Shown: in pieces, positions 1 through 7,499 of the stretch
How the letters are laid out: each line of letters opens with the position of its first letter
Position numbering within the stretch: position 1 is the first letter of the stretch
UHGV virus genome: UHGV-0175824
Length of the DNA: 16,817 bases
Reading direction: 5' to 3' (one strand)
Source: a virus
Position numbers and translations under genes: made by a program
The notes under the pieces: model-generated
What the model was told of the DNA's origin: nothing
Seen by the model: only the letters and a program-made list of their open reading frames with translations
The model's database searches: none

Positions 1-234
1 CACAAATCAGAGGAAGATATCCGCGAAGATGAACGGAAACGCCAGCAGGAAATAATGGATAAAGCACAACTTCTTTGCGATGAAATGGCTCAGGCAGAAA
101 ACATGGACGATTTGAAGCGATATTTTGCAGAAGCATATCGCCTGACATCTGGAATGAAATTGCAGCAGAACGTACAAGCCATTTACGCAGAATGCAAAGC
201 GAAACTGGAGGTTGCCAGTGAGCAAACTATATGA
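1..234 (+). CDS. Hypothetical phage early protein, 3' fragment (5' end lies outside the window)
   Basis: Frame 1 is open from the window edge to TGA at 232-234. Product is charged and helical (…EDIREDERKRQQEIMDKAQLL…). It is followed closely by the next gene. Confidence 0.5.
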   Translation, partial: HKSEEDIREDERKRQQEIMDKAQLLCDEMAQAENMDDLKRYFAEAYRLTSGMKLQQNVQAIYAECKAKLEVASEQTI

Positions 235-700
235 AATTGCCAATGAATACGCAAAATTGATGGATTCAGATTTAGAACCAGAGATGATTGCTGACACAAT
301 AGAAGGCATGGAAGGAGAATTTACCGATAAAATAGAGCAACTTCTTTCCATTATTAAAAATGAATCTGGTTATGCCGAACGCCTCAAGGAAGAGGCAAAG
401 TCACTGAATGAGCGAGCCGCAGTAATTCAAAATAAGATTGACAGCATCAAATCATATATAGCGTCATCGCTTGAAATGGTTGGCAAGAAAAATATTCGAG
501 CAGGTATTCACCAGGTAACAATCCGCAAACCGTCAGAAACTGTAGAAATCATCGACTCAAGCGCCCTTCCTCCTGAATACGTTGAGTTTGAAACGACAAT
601 TAAAGCCGACAAACTGGCAATCAAACACCAACTAAAAGCAGGAATAAATATCCCCGGCGCTCAACTCAAAGTTGGGAAACCTTCACTTCTTATCAAATAA
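218..700 (+). CDS. Hypothetical phage early protein, possibly Siphovirus Gp157-family-like
   Basis: ORF 212-700 in the track. Likely start is GTG at 218, preceded by GGAGG at 206-210. The Gp157 assignment is from memory of that family and is unverified. Confidence 0.7.
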   Translation: MSKLYEIANEYAKLMDSDLEPEMIADTIEGMEGEFTDKIEQLLSIIKNESGYAERLKEEAKSLNERAAVIQNKIDSIKSYIASSLEMVGKKNIRAGIHQVTIRKPSETVEIIDSSALPPEYVEFETTIKADKLAIKHQLKAGINIPGAQLKVGKPSLLIK

Positions 701-711
701 CGGTATCGCCT

Positions 712-1026
712 ATGAAAAAGACTCCATGGGAGAAATGGGAAGTCGATTTCTTGCGCGAAGTAGCGGCGACAATGCCAGTTGAAGTTATCGCTGAAAAACT
801 GGAAAGGACTGAAAAAGCAGTAATGGCGAAAGCAACAAGGATTGGCGCTGACATTGTTAGCCGACTTCGTGGAAGACGCTGGACAAGAGCCGAAGTATCA
901 CTTTTCGGTAAGTTCTCCGCAGAAGAAATAGCAATTGCAACCTGCCGCTCAATTTATTCAGTAAGAGCTATGCGATACAAGCTAAAAAAACTCGATGAAG
1001 AAAGAGAAGGCATACGAATAAATTAA
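712..1026 (+). CDS. Hypothetical protein with two tandem HTH-like (Myb/SANT-like) repeats
   Basis: 104-aa ORF. Internal duplication of a roughly 40-aa unit: [10 protein letters not shown]…[19 protein letters not shown] and W-T-R-A-E-V-S-L-F…[20 protein letters not shown]. Confidence 0.7.
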   Translation: MKKTPWEKWEVDFLREVAATMPVEVIAEKLERTEKAVMAKATRIGADIVSRLRGRRWTRAEVSLFGKFSAEEIAIATCRSIYSVRAMRYKLKKLDEEREGIRIN

Positions 1027-1042
1027 CAAAGAGGAATTAATC

Positions 1043-1210
1043 ATGAGAGGTCTTGCATACAATCCCGGCATTCTTCCGGCAGAAATGATTATTCGCCAAC
1101 GCGTAAAGACAATGCCATCGAGAGAAGAATTGCTTAAGAGAAAGAGTTTCGGTTCTGTTAATGACAACAAATATCTGAATGCGATGTGGCGCAAAGGAGG
1201 CAACCAGTGA
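1043..1210 (+). CDS. Small hypothetical protein (55 aa)
   Basis: ATG at 1043 preceded by AAGAGG 7 nt upstream. Stop TGA 1208-1210 overlaps the GTG start of the next gene (GTGA). Fills the gap between flanking genes. Below the ORF-track size cutoff. Confidence 0.5.
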   Translation: MRGLAYNPGILPAEMIIRQRVKTMPSREELLKRKSFGSVNDNKYLNAMWRKGGNQ

Positions 1211-1980
1211 GCAAGATTGATTATCAGGCACTGCGTGCTAAGGCAGAAAAAGCAACGTGTGGTGTATGGTCGCTCGAATATGGAGAGAGCCGATTTGATG
1301 GTGATGATGCGCTAATTCATCGTGAAGTTGCTGGATATATTCCCATTTGCAGAATTGAAGGAGCGCATCCAGAAAGCGGTTTCGATGAAGATTTCCAAAT
1401 GGAACAGCAGGCCAATGCTGAATTCATCGCAGCAGCCAGTCCAACTACCGTACTGGCACTGCTGGATGAACGGGAAAGAAACCAGCAATACATAAAACGC
1501 CGCGACCAGGAGAACGAGGAGATTGCGCTAACGGTAGGGAAGCTGCGTGTTGAGCTGGAAGCAACAGAGAACAACCTTATTGATAGTGAATGCCATGTTG
1601 CTGAACTGGAAGAAGCGCTACGCGATAAGCAGGTGTTACTTGAAGCCTCAGAAAAGCGCAACGCAAAATTACAAAGCGAGAATGCATACATCCGCAACCG
1701 GTTCAAAGAACTGGACCTGTTAATCGGGAAAAACATTCTGGTCATGCAGGCTGCCATTATCGAATGGCAGGCAACTGGCGACGCTAAGAGCGGACTGGCA
1801 TGGATTTATAACACACTGTTTGGCCCAGGCGAATTGCCGGACGAATCTGAGCAAGATGCTCAGGCCTACTTTAATCGCAAATATGCACCGATTGACGAAA
1901 AGCTTATGGCGCTTCACAAGTGGTTTTGGGAACAAAGTGAAGCCGAGCGCGCCGCTGGCATCAAGGAGGAGTCTGAGTGA
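1207..1980 (+). CDS. Ead/Ea22-like phage early protein (coiled-coil)
   Basis: Track ORF 1186-1980. AAAGGAGG at 1193-1200 places the real start at GTG 1207. The N-terminus [16 protein letters not shown]…W and a central coiled-coil resemble lambdoid Ea22-family proteins (from memory). Confidence 0.7.
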   Translation: MSKIDYQALRAKAEKATCGVWSLEYGESRFDGDDALIHREVAGYIPICRIEGAHPESGFDEDFQMEQQANAEFIAAASPTTVLALLDERERNQQYIKRRDQENEEIALTVGKLRVELEATENNLIDSECHVAELEEALRDKQVLLEASEKRNAKLQSENAYIRNRFKELDLLIGKNILVMQAAIIEWQATGDAKSGLAWIYNTLFGPGELPDESEQDAQAYFNRKYAPIDEKLMALHKWFWEQSEAERAAGIKEESE

Positions 1981-2471
1981 TGGTCATTTCACCTATAACG
2001 CTGAAAGCGGCGCAGGAATTTATCGCACAGCACCACCGACACAATAAACCACCAGTGGGGCATAAATTCAGCATTGGTCTGAGAAATAATGCCGGAGAAT
2101 TGATAGGTGTGGCGACAGCTGGTCGACCTGTTGCACGACATTTCGACGATGGATTAACGCTTGAAGTAAATCGCACATGTACCACAGGAGAACGCAACGC
2201 TAACAGCGCGCTTTATGGTGCTATCTGGCGGGCAGCAAAAGCTATGGGTTATCAACGTTGTATTACGTACACCCAGGCAGATGAATCAGGAGCATCTCTT
2301 CGCGCAGCTGGTTTTGTTCGTGTGAAAGAGCTTCCTCCAAGAAAAAGCTGGGCGGAATCAAGCGTCGCCCTGCGGAGTAAACGCGATCCGGTCGGAAACG
2401 GTGGTATTCCTCGTGTGCTCTGGGAAATCAGGAGAATGAGTACCACTGGCATTCGCATCAAAGGAGAGTGA
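1980..2471 (+). CDS. Hypothetical protein, possibly GNAT-fold (acetyltransferase-like)
   Basis: ATG at 1980 overlaps the upstream TGA by 1 nt (TGATG). Segment …NANSALYGAIWRAAKAMGYQRCITYTQADESGASLRAAGFVRV… loosely resembles the GNAT motif A/B region. Weak, unverified. Confidence 0.65.
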   Translation: MVISPITLKAAQEFIAQHHRHNKPPVGHKFSIGLRNNAGELIGVATAGRPVARHFDDGLTLEVNRTCTTGERNANSALYGAIWRAAKAMGYQRCITYTQADESGASLRAAGFVRVKELPPRKSWAESSVALRSKRDPVGNGGIPRVLWEIRRMSTTGIRIKGE

Positions 2472-2472
2472 T

Positions 2473-2760
2473 ATGGCAACTTTGCAGGAATTAATCGACC
2501 TGACGCCAGAACAGGAAAAAGCGTGGAATCGCCTTGTGAAGGCTGTAAAGGATTTCAGGGCAGCCGGAGGAAAGTTTTATAGCGTCCTGGACACGCTGAG
2601 CGCATACAACGGCGAGCACGTTGCCAGCATTGATAACGATAAGGGCTACCACACTGCAAGCGTCTATATGCCTAGCATTGATGCGCCAGGGCTAACCAGT
2701 TGGGCTGATGATTGGCACGGCATCACGCTGAAAGATGGCGTTGAAGTGGATGAGGACTAA
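2473..2760 (+). CDS. Hypothetical phage protein (95 aa, acidic)
   Basis: ATG at 2473 with AAAGGAGAG upstream; clean ORF. Confidence 0.7.
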   Translation: MATLQELIDLTPEQEKAWNRLVKAVKDFRAAGGKFYSVLDTLSAYNGEHVASIDNDKGYHTASVYMPSIDAPGLTSWADDWHGITLKDGVEVDED

Positions 2761-2763
2761 CAC

Positions 2764-3603
2764 ATGACAACTTTCACCGACAAAAAACTGATTAAAGAAA
2801 TCAAAGAACGAATCAGCAGCCTAGAGGTTCGAGACGATATTGAGCGCCGTGCTTATGAAATTGCTCTGGCATCGCTGGAAGCAGAGCCTGTTCTGTATCA
2901 GTCCTGCACTCGCCCCACCTGGAATAGCGGTGTTCCGTGGACGGAATGGAAAGAACGAAGTCGTGAGTGCTACGAAGACGATTTGCGCTTTACAGACACG
3001 CCTGACCATGCCGGTTGGATATACAAATGTCGAAAACTATATACCAATCCGCCAGCGCCGATAGCGTTGGAGGCTATTGAAAATGCAATTGAATACATTC
3101 GCAGTATCGCTTTTCACATAGATGAAGACGATTACCACGGCAAACATATTGCGTATTTCATGCGACAAGCATTGGCCTGGCTGGAAGGGTATTCATGCAG
3201 CGACGACAGACTGGGTAAAGCCGAGAATCAAACAGTACACGGCAACCAGGCAGCCGAATCCAATCGCGGTAATGAGTGGACCGGCAATCCTGATATTGAT
3301 AACGCCATCATCATGCTCGGCATAGATACGGCGGAAAGTTACGATGATGACCGTATTGAGGCTGTTAAGGCTGTTTTGCGTAGACTGGCTGGCAACTCTC
3401 CGGTAACTCCGGATAGTTGGATAAGCTGTAGTGAGCGAATGCCGAACGACGCGCAGTGGTGCGTAGTTGACGCCGCAGACGCGTATTACGTGCAATGCTG
3501 GTCTGAAGGTCAAGGATGGCTTGGAGATGACATCAGCCTACGTAATTGCGATGTAATCAGATGGATGGCGATTCCTGAACCACCGCAGCAGGATGGTGAA
3601 TGA
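2764..3603 (+). CDS. DUF551-like domain protein (C-terminal Trp/Cys-rich domain typical of enterobacterial prophage early genes)
   Basis: 279-aa ORF. C-terminus …DSWISCSERMPNDAQWCVVDAADAYYVQCWSEGQGWLGDDISLRNCDVIRWMAIPEPP… matches my recollection of DUF551. Confidence 0.7.
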   Translation: MTTFTDKKLIKEIKERISSLEVRDDIERRAYEIALASLEAEPVLYQSCTRPTWNSGVPWTEWKERSRECYEDDLRFTDTPDHAGWIYKCRKLYTNPPAPIALEAIENAIEYIRSIAFHIDEDDYHGKHIAYFMRQALAWLEGYSCSDDRLGKAENQTVHGNQAAESNRGNEWTGNPDIDNAIIMLGIDTAESYDDDRIEAVKAVLRRLAGNSPVTPDSWISCSERMPNDAQWCVVDAADAYYVQCWSEGQGWLGDDISLRNCDVIRWMAIPEPPQQDGE

Positions 3604-3689
3604 TGCCGCCAGTTAAAGTTGTGATTATCACTTTGGTGATGATAGTGATTGCGAGAATCATGTCTGGTGAAATTGGGTGGATATGGTAA
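3603..3689 (+). CDS. Possible small hydrophobic peptide (28 aa, MPPVKVVIITLVMIVIARIMSGEIGWIW)
   Basis: ATG at 3603 overlaps the upstream TGA (ATGA coupling). Single predicted TM-like helix. Followed by a terminator-like hairpin. Confidence 0.3.
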   Translation: MPPVKVVIITLVMIVIARIMSGEIGWIW

Positions 3690-3722
3690 TGGCTAAGGTA
3701 GCAGCAGAGCTCAACTAACAAT

Positions 3723-3747
3723 CCTCGCACTCGCGGGGATTTATTTT
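3723..3747 (+). terminator. Intrinsic terminator candidate inside the early operon
   Basis: Hairpin CCTCGC-actc-GCGGGG (3723-3738) followed by ATTTATTTT. Confidence 0.45.
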
Positions 3748-3760
3748 ATATGGGGATAAT

Positions 3761-4561
3761 ATGACCATCCACTTTCACGGCAGCCCAATATGGGGGGATG
3801 AGCATGCCCCTACAGATATGCTGATTAAAGCCCTTTACCGTGATGGTGGGGCTTTTGTTTCATTTGCCAGACCAGAGCAGATGAAAAAGATTGCCATGTT
3901 CCCTTGTGATATACGCCTTGATAACGGCGCTTTTAGCGACTGGATGAAAGCATTAAAGAAAGGCACTCCGGTAGACTGGAGTAAGAGACGAGCAAAATTC
4001 TACGACTTTGTTGGGAAGTGGTTCAGCAGAATTGAATGGTTTCTTATACCTGACGTTATCGAAGGGACAGAGGCAGAAAACGACGAGCAGATTGAGTTGG
4101 TTCCTGATTGGCTAAAATCAAAAGCGGTTCCGGTCTGGCATACCGACGAATCAATTGAACGTCTTTTACGCCTTTCTGGAAAATTTGAATGGGTGGCGAT
4201 TGGATGCTGCGGCCCACACAGGCACATACGCTCTAAATGGTGGGAACAGAGAATGGATGAAGTTTTTACTGAGATTTATATCAATCGTAATTTGAAAGTG
4301 AAAATTCATGGTCTTCGAATGCTCGACGTGAGAGTTCTTGGTATGTATCCGTTCGCCAGTGCGGATTCTACTAATGTTGCTGTTAACGTACCGAAGACAG
4401 AGAAGCGATTTCCTGAGATTACCGACAAACTGGCACGTACAGCTGTACTTCGCGCTGCTATTGAAAAGGTGCATCCGCCATCGATATCAGCATGGGTAGA
4501 CAGAAAGATGAGAGAGCCGGCGCAAGCCGGTTTTTTATTTGAATTCACCGACGCCGCTTAA
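3761..4561 (+). CDS. Conserved hypothetical protein (266 aa), function unknown
   Basis: ATG at 3761 with GGGGA upstream. Long clean ORF starting MTIHFHGSPIWGDEHAP…, containing GCCGPHRH. No family recognisable by eye. Confidence 0.8.
   Translation: MTIHFHGSPIWGDEHAPTDMLIKALYRDGGAFVSFARPEQMKKIAMFPCDIRLDNGAFSDWMKALKKGTPVDWSKRRAKFYDFVGKWFSRIEWFLIPDVIEGTEAENDEQIELVPDWLKSKAVPVWHTDESIERLLRLSGKFEWVAIGCCGPHRHIRSKWWEQRMDEVFTEIYINRNLKVKIHGLRMLDVRVLGMYPFASADSTNVAVNVPKTEKRFPEITDKLARTAVLRAAIEKVHPPSISAWVDRKMREPAQAGFLFEFTDAA
4517..4536 (+). terminator. Terminator-like hairpin with GNRA loop, inside the last 15 codons of the 3761-4561 CDS
   Basis: CCGGC-gcaa-GCCGG followed by TTTTTT (4531-4536). The stop codon is at 4559-4561. 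Confidence 0.4.
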
Positions 4562-4605
4562 TGCGGATTTCTTTTATCTGAACTCGCTACGGCGGGTTTT
4601 GTTTT

Positions 4606-4917
4606 ATGGAGATGATTATGGCCTGTTCAACATTCAACCATCTAACGTTACAGAAATACCAGCCAGACCCTGAAGATTTATGCTCACTGTGTGGCGGAAA
4701 TCATGGTAAAGCCGCCATGATCGAATGTAAGGACAAAATCCACATTTGCCTTAATTGCGTTGATGTCCTCGTTGATATCAAAAATGAGAGAGAAGATAAA
4801 AAGCGTAGCGAGGCTATTCGCGCATTAGATTCATGGATGCGAGATGGGTATAGTGCTGCGCAAATTTATGACTTCGCAATATCAAAAGGCGAAATACCAG
4901 GAGTGCGCATCGAATAA
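4606..4917 (+). CDS. Zinc-ribbon-like small protein (CxxC…CxxC)
   Basis: ATGs at 4606, 4612 and 4618; GGAG at 4608-4611 favours 4618. Cys pairs CSLCGG and CLNC about 18 residues apart. Confidence 0.7.
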   Translation: MEMIMACSTFNHLTLQKYQPDPEDLCSLCGGNHGKAAMIECKDKIHICLNCVDVLVDIKNEREDKKRSEAIRALDSWMRDGYSAAQIYDFAISKGEIPGVRIE

Positions 4918-4949
4918 GACGTAACCAATATTGGAATTGAAGAACTGAA

Positions 4950-4970
4950 AGAACACCAAGCCGCCTGATG
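4950..4970 (+). terminator. Intrinsic terminator
   Basis: GCCGCC-tgat-GGCGG followed by TTTTTT. Confidence 0.6.
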
Positions 4971-4994
4971 GCGGTTTTTTATTGGAGACAAGAA

Positions 4995-5339
4995 ATGTCA
5001 GATTTGGCTATGAAGGTTTTGAAATGGCAATCGACTGGCGATGTCGGCATCAGTAGCGCAACTCTTGCCTCAATCGCATGTGGCCTGAAAAAGAATATCT
5101 ATGGTCATCACTTCGGCGCTCCACATGACGCAGCAGATTTCCGACGATGCGTTGCACTTGTTGAGCAGATTCCAGAAATCAGAGATTCATTCGACAAGGT
5201 TGCAAAGCGCGTTCCGGCATTCAAAGGAATCCTCAACGAATGGGATTCACTCGTTGCTCTGTTGAAGTCTGAAATGAAGATACACGGAAACAAAGCACCA
5301 GAGACTTACAGAAGAATCAGCGAGCTACGCAAGGACTAA
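4995..5339 (+). CDS. Hypothetical phage protein (114 aa)
   Basis: Track ORF starts at 4968, but that ATG lies inside the upstream terminator hairpin. ATG 4995 is preceded by GGAGACAAG. Confidence 0.7.
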   Translation: MSDLAMKVLKWQSTGDVGISSATLASIACGLKKNIYGHHFGAPHDAADFRRCVALVEQIPEIRDSFDKVAKRVPAFKGILNEWDSLVALLKSEMKIHGNKAPETYRRISELRKD

Positions 5340-5377
5340 CGCCTCACACTCGATGAGGCCTGTACATATCTGATAGA

Positions 5378-5401
5378 GCCGCTATATGGCGGTTTCTTTT
5401 T
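5378..5401 (+). terminator. Intrinsic terminator candidate upstream of alpA
   Basis: GCCGC-tatat-GGCGG followed by TTTCTTTTT. A second hairpin GCCTC…GAGGC lies at 5341-5359. Confidence 0.5.
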
Positions 5402-5416
5402 GCCTGGAGAATTAAG

Positions 5417-5608
5417 ATGACCGATACCAGCCTGATTCCTGAGAAAGAAGTGATGAACAAGCTCGGTGTTTCATCACGTCAGACAATCTGGAACTATACC
5501 AAACGGCACGGATTTCCGAAGCCAGTCAGAACCCACCCCAAATCATACCTTCGTGAAGCTGTTGAAGGGTGGATTCTTAACGGTGGCGTTAATCAGAAAT
5601 GCTCCTGA
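5417..5608 (+). CDS. alpA: AlpA-family phage transcriptional regulator / excisionase-like HTH protein
   Basis: 63 aa. GGAGAATTAAG before the ATG. Pattern …LGVSSRQTIWNYTKRHGFPKPV…YLREAVEGW… is typical of Phage_AlpA/Xis-like proteins. Lies next to the integrase. Confidence 0.8.
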   Translation: MTDTSLIPEKEVMNKLGVSSRQTIWNYTKRHGFPKPVRTHPKSYLREAVEGWILNGGVNQKCS

Positions 5609-6767
5609 TGTTCCAGAACAATTTATCAGCGTGAAGCTCATACGCTTTGCGCTGAGCCTCTATCCAATCGTGTTTATTGTATACGGACATTATCCCGCCA
5701 AGTTCATGACCGAGCATTCGCTCAGTAACATGAGGCTCGACATTCATCTCGGACAGACGTGTAACAAGCGTTCTTCTGAAATCATGTGTTCGCCAGTAAC
5801 CTAGATCCATCCCTCCCCTTATTCTATTTACGAATCGGTTGGCTGCAGCGATGCTGATCGGTTTGTTTATGTCTTCTCCAGGAAAAAGAACATCATTGTA
5901 CGTTGTCATGGCCTTTTCGAGAAAAGGCTTAATTTGTTCGAAGATTGGACGGCGGATAACATTACCCATCTTGCTATGCTCTTTCGGTACGGTCCATACG
6001 TTGTCCAGCAGGTCAAATTCTGTCTTTGTTGCCAGCCTAAGCTCTGAGAGCCTCGCCCCCCACAGCATAAGCATCTGATGAAGGAGCTTATTTGACGTAG
6101 ACGCACGGCTTCTTTCAATAGCAAGCCAAATCTTAGCCAGTTCGTGATACGACAGTACCCGATCCCCTACCTCAGCGCGGGAGCCGAAGTCCCTTGGCTG
6201 GATGCTCATAATTGCGCAACTATCTATCAACTGACGCCGCATGCACCAACTAATTGCTGATCTTAGTTGACTTAGCACCTGCCTTGCTCGGCGTGGATTA
6301 TCTTTTTCTTCTTCGGTAAGCAGGTCAACCCATTGCTTAACCGTGATAGAAGATGCCGGACGATTAGGGAAGGCGTCATGCATGCGCTTCATAACCGTTG
6401 ATCGGTAAAGTGCCTGGGTCTTTTCTCTGAGAGTTGTAGAGACGTAGTTGTCGAACCAGTAGTCGAGACACTGGGCGACCGTCATGGAGTTCTCAACCTT
6501 CTCTTCAAAATAAGTGCGTGGATCCGTTCCTGAGAAATAGAGCTTTCGCAAGTCAGCAGTGATCTGTCTGGCATCCTTCAAAGACAGGGATGGGTATCGA
6601 CCAAGCCCAAGTCGATTAGGCTTGCCATGCCAGCGATAGCGGTACTGGAACTGGATGACCCCCTTCGGTGAAATTCGTACGCTGAGGCCATCAGCATCAG
6701 CCACTTCTTGTGGGCCCGAATATGGTTTACCATAAATAGTACGCAGTTTTGTGTCGCTTATAGCCAT
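5589..6767 (-). CDS. int: Tyrosine site-specific integrase, P4-like family (N-terminal arm-binding domain plus catalytic domain)
   Basis: 392 aa. N-terminal DUF4102-like arm-binding region (…LSVRISPKGVIQFQYRYRWHGKPNRLGLGRYPSLSLKDAR…). Catalytic motifs ARLSELR, HDFRRT, LGH and a Tyr in SVYNKHDW. Confidence 0.93.
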   Translation of the reverse strand: MAISDTKLRTIYGKPYSGPQEVADADGLSVRISPKGVIQFQYRYRWHGKPNRLGLGRYPSLSLKDARQITADLRKLYFSGTDPRTYFEEKVENSMTVAQCLDYWFDNYVSTTLREKTQALYRSTVMKRMHDAFPNRPASSITVKQWVDLLTEEEKDNPRRARQVLSQLRSAISWCMRRQLIDSCAIMSIQPRDFGSRAEVGDRVLSYHELAKIWLAIERSRASTSNKLLHQMLMLWGARLSELRLATKTEFDLLDNVWTVPKEHSKMGNVIRRPIFEQIKPFLEKAMTTYNDVLFPGEDINKPISIAAANRFVNRIRGGMDLGYWRTHDFRRTLVTRLSEMNVEPHVTERMLGHELGGIMSVYNKHDWIEAQRKAYELHADKLFWNIRSISD

Positions 6768-6777
6768 AAATAATATT

Positions 6778-6820
6778 TGGTACGCTCAGAAATAATGGTT
6801 TGGTACACATCTGGTACACA
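6778..6820 (+). repeat. Arm-type repeat cluster 1 (TTGGTACGC, TGGTACACA, TGGTACACA)
   Basis: Direct repeats read in the sequence. Confidence 0.6.
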
Positions 6821-7049
6821 ATATCACATGGACAACAGCGCACAGTAAACAACTATATTTGACGTTCGTAGACATACTCAGGTGAAAAAATGGTTGTTTT
6901 TCGAGTTATAACAGACAGTTAATTAACTACAGTGGACAATGCTAGACAATGACAGACACAGATAAACAACCTACCTTCCTCTTTCACGATTACGCGCAAC
7001 ACCCCTGAGAACCGCCATGAACAAGGGTTTCATGATTTGTGATTTTAGT

Positions 7050-7070
7050 TTGGTACGCACTTTGGTACAC
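7050..7070 (+). repeat. Arm-type repeat cluster 2 (TTGGTACGC, TTGGTACAC)
   Basis: Direct repeats of the same motif as cluster 1. Confidence 0.6.
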
Positions 7071-7407
7071 AACACAATTTTCACTTCAGCGGGTAGTCAT
7101 CAAACTCACCATAACGAGCATCGTTGATGATGTATGTGATCACCACAAATATCACATCTGGACTAGTTCCGTCTTCATGCGCAGGTATCTGTTCACGCCT
7201 CCCTTTCTGCAAATCCTAAAGATGAGATTTTTGGGTTTTGGGATATCTTTTTATCCTCAGTTCTCTATCCATTCTACAAAGCAGTAATGAACCATCACCG
7301 TGTGATAGTGAGGCATCCGCTACGTTAAGCGCAGAGAAATGATGCAGTGGTGGTCGGACTGGATTGATGAAAAGGTGTAGCAACCAACATTGCTATATCT
7401 CAGATAG

Positions 7408-7452
7408 CACAAAGCCTTGCAATCCAGTGCAAAGCTTTGTGTGTTATTTTTT
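7408..7452 (+). terminator. Strong imperfect palindrome / terminator-like hairpin at the edge of the AT-rich cassette
   Basis: CACAAAGCCTTGCA-atccag-TGCAAAGCTTTGTG (13 of 14 bp pair), then TTTTTT at 7447-7452. A smaller hairpin TGCTAT…ATAGCA lies at 7391-7409. Confidence 0.4.
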
Positions 7453-7499
7453 ATGGCTATATAAATTATATACTGCCAGTGCTATCTAACATTTAAATA

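Larger units (their letters stand above)
6768..7090. promoter_or_regulatory. Putative attP / integrase control region with arm-type direct repeats
   Basis: Five direct copies of TTGGTAC(A/G)C in two clusters: 6778-6786, 6801-6809 and 6812-6820 just upstream of int, then 7050-7058 and 7062-7070. Also ATATCACAT at 6821-6829 and again near 7161-7169. Confidence 0.5.

Noticed and set aside
7-351. 114-aa - strand ORF at the window start
   Set aside because: It is antisense to two co-oriented + strand genes that have RBSs.
3761-4561. Assignment of the 266-aa protein as a TGT/DpdA-like or PAPS-reductase-like enzyme
   Set aside because: I could not find the defining motifs (CxCxxC zinc site, SGGKDS P-loop) by eye, so it is left as unknown.
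4968-4994. Upstream ATG (4968) as start of the 4995-5339 gene
   Set aside because: That ATG lies within the terminator stem and has no RBS, whereas ATG 4995 has GGAGACAAG upstream.
5466-5804. 112-aa + strand ORF overlapping alpA and the integrase 3' end
   Set aside because: It is antisense to the integrase and in a different frame from alpA, with no independent support.
7039-7287. 82-aa + strand ORF in the att region
   Set aside because: It spans the arm-type repeats, has no RBS, and its composition (W/Y/F-rich) looks like chance translation of AT-rich non-coding DNA.
6768-7460. tRNA or tRNA 3'-fragment as integration core
   Set aside because: No T-arm-like GGTTCGAATCC…CCA segment or cloverleaf-compatible sequence was seen on either strand. 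Not excluded without tRNAscan.
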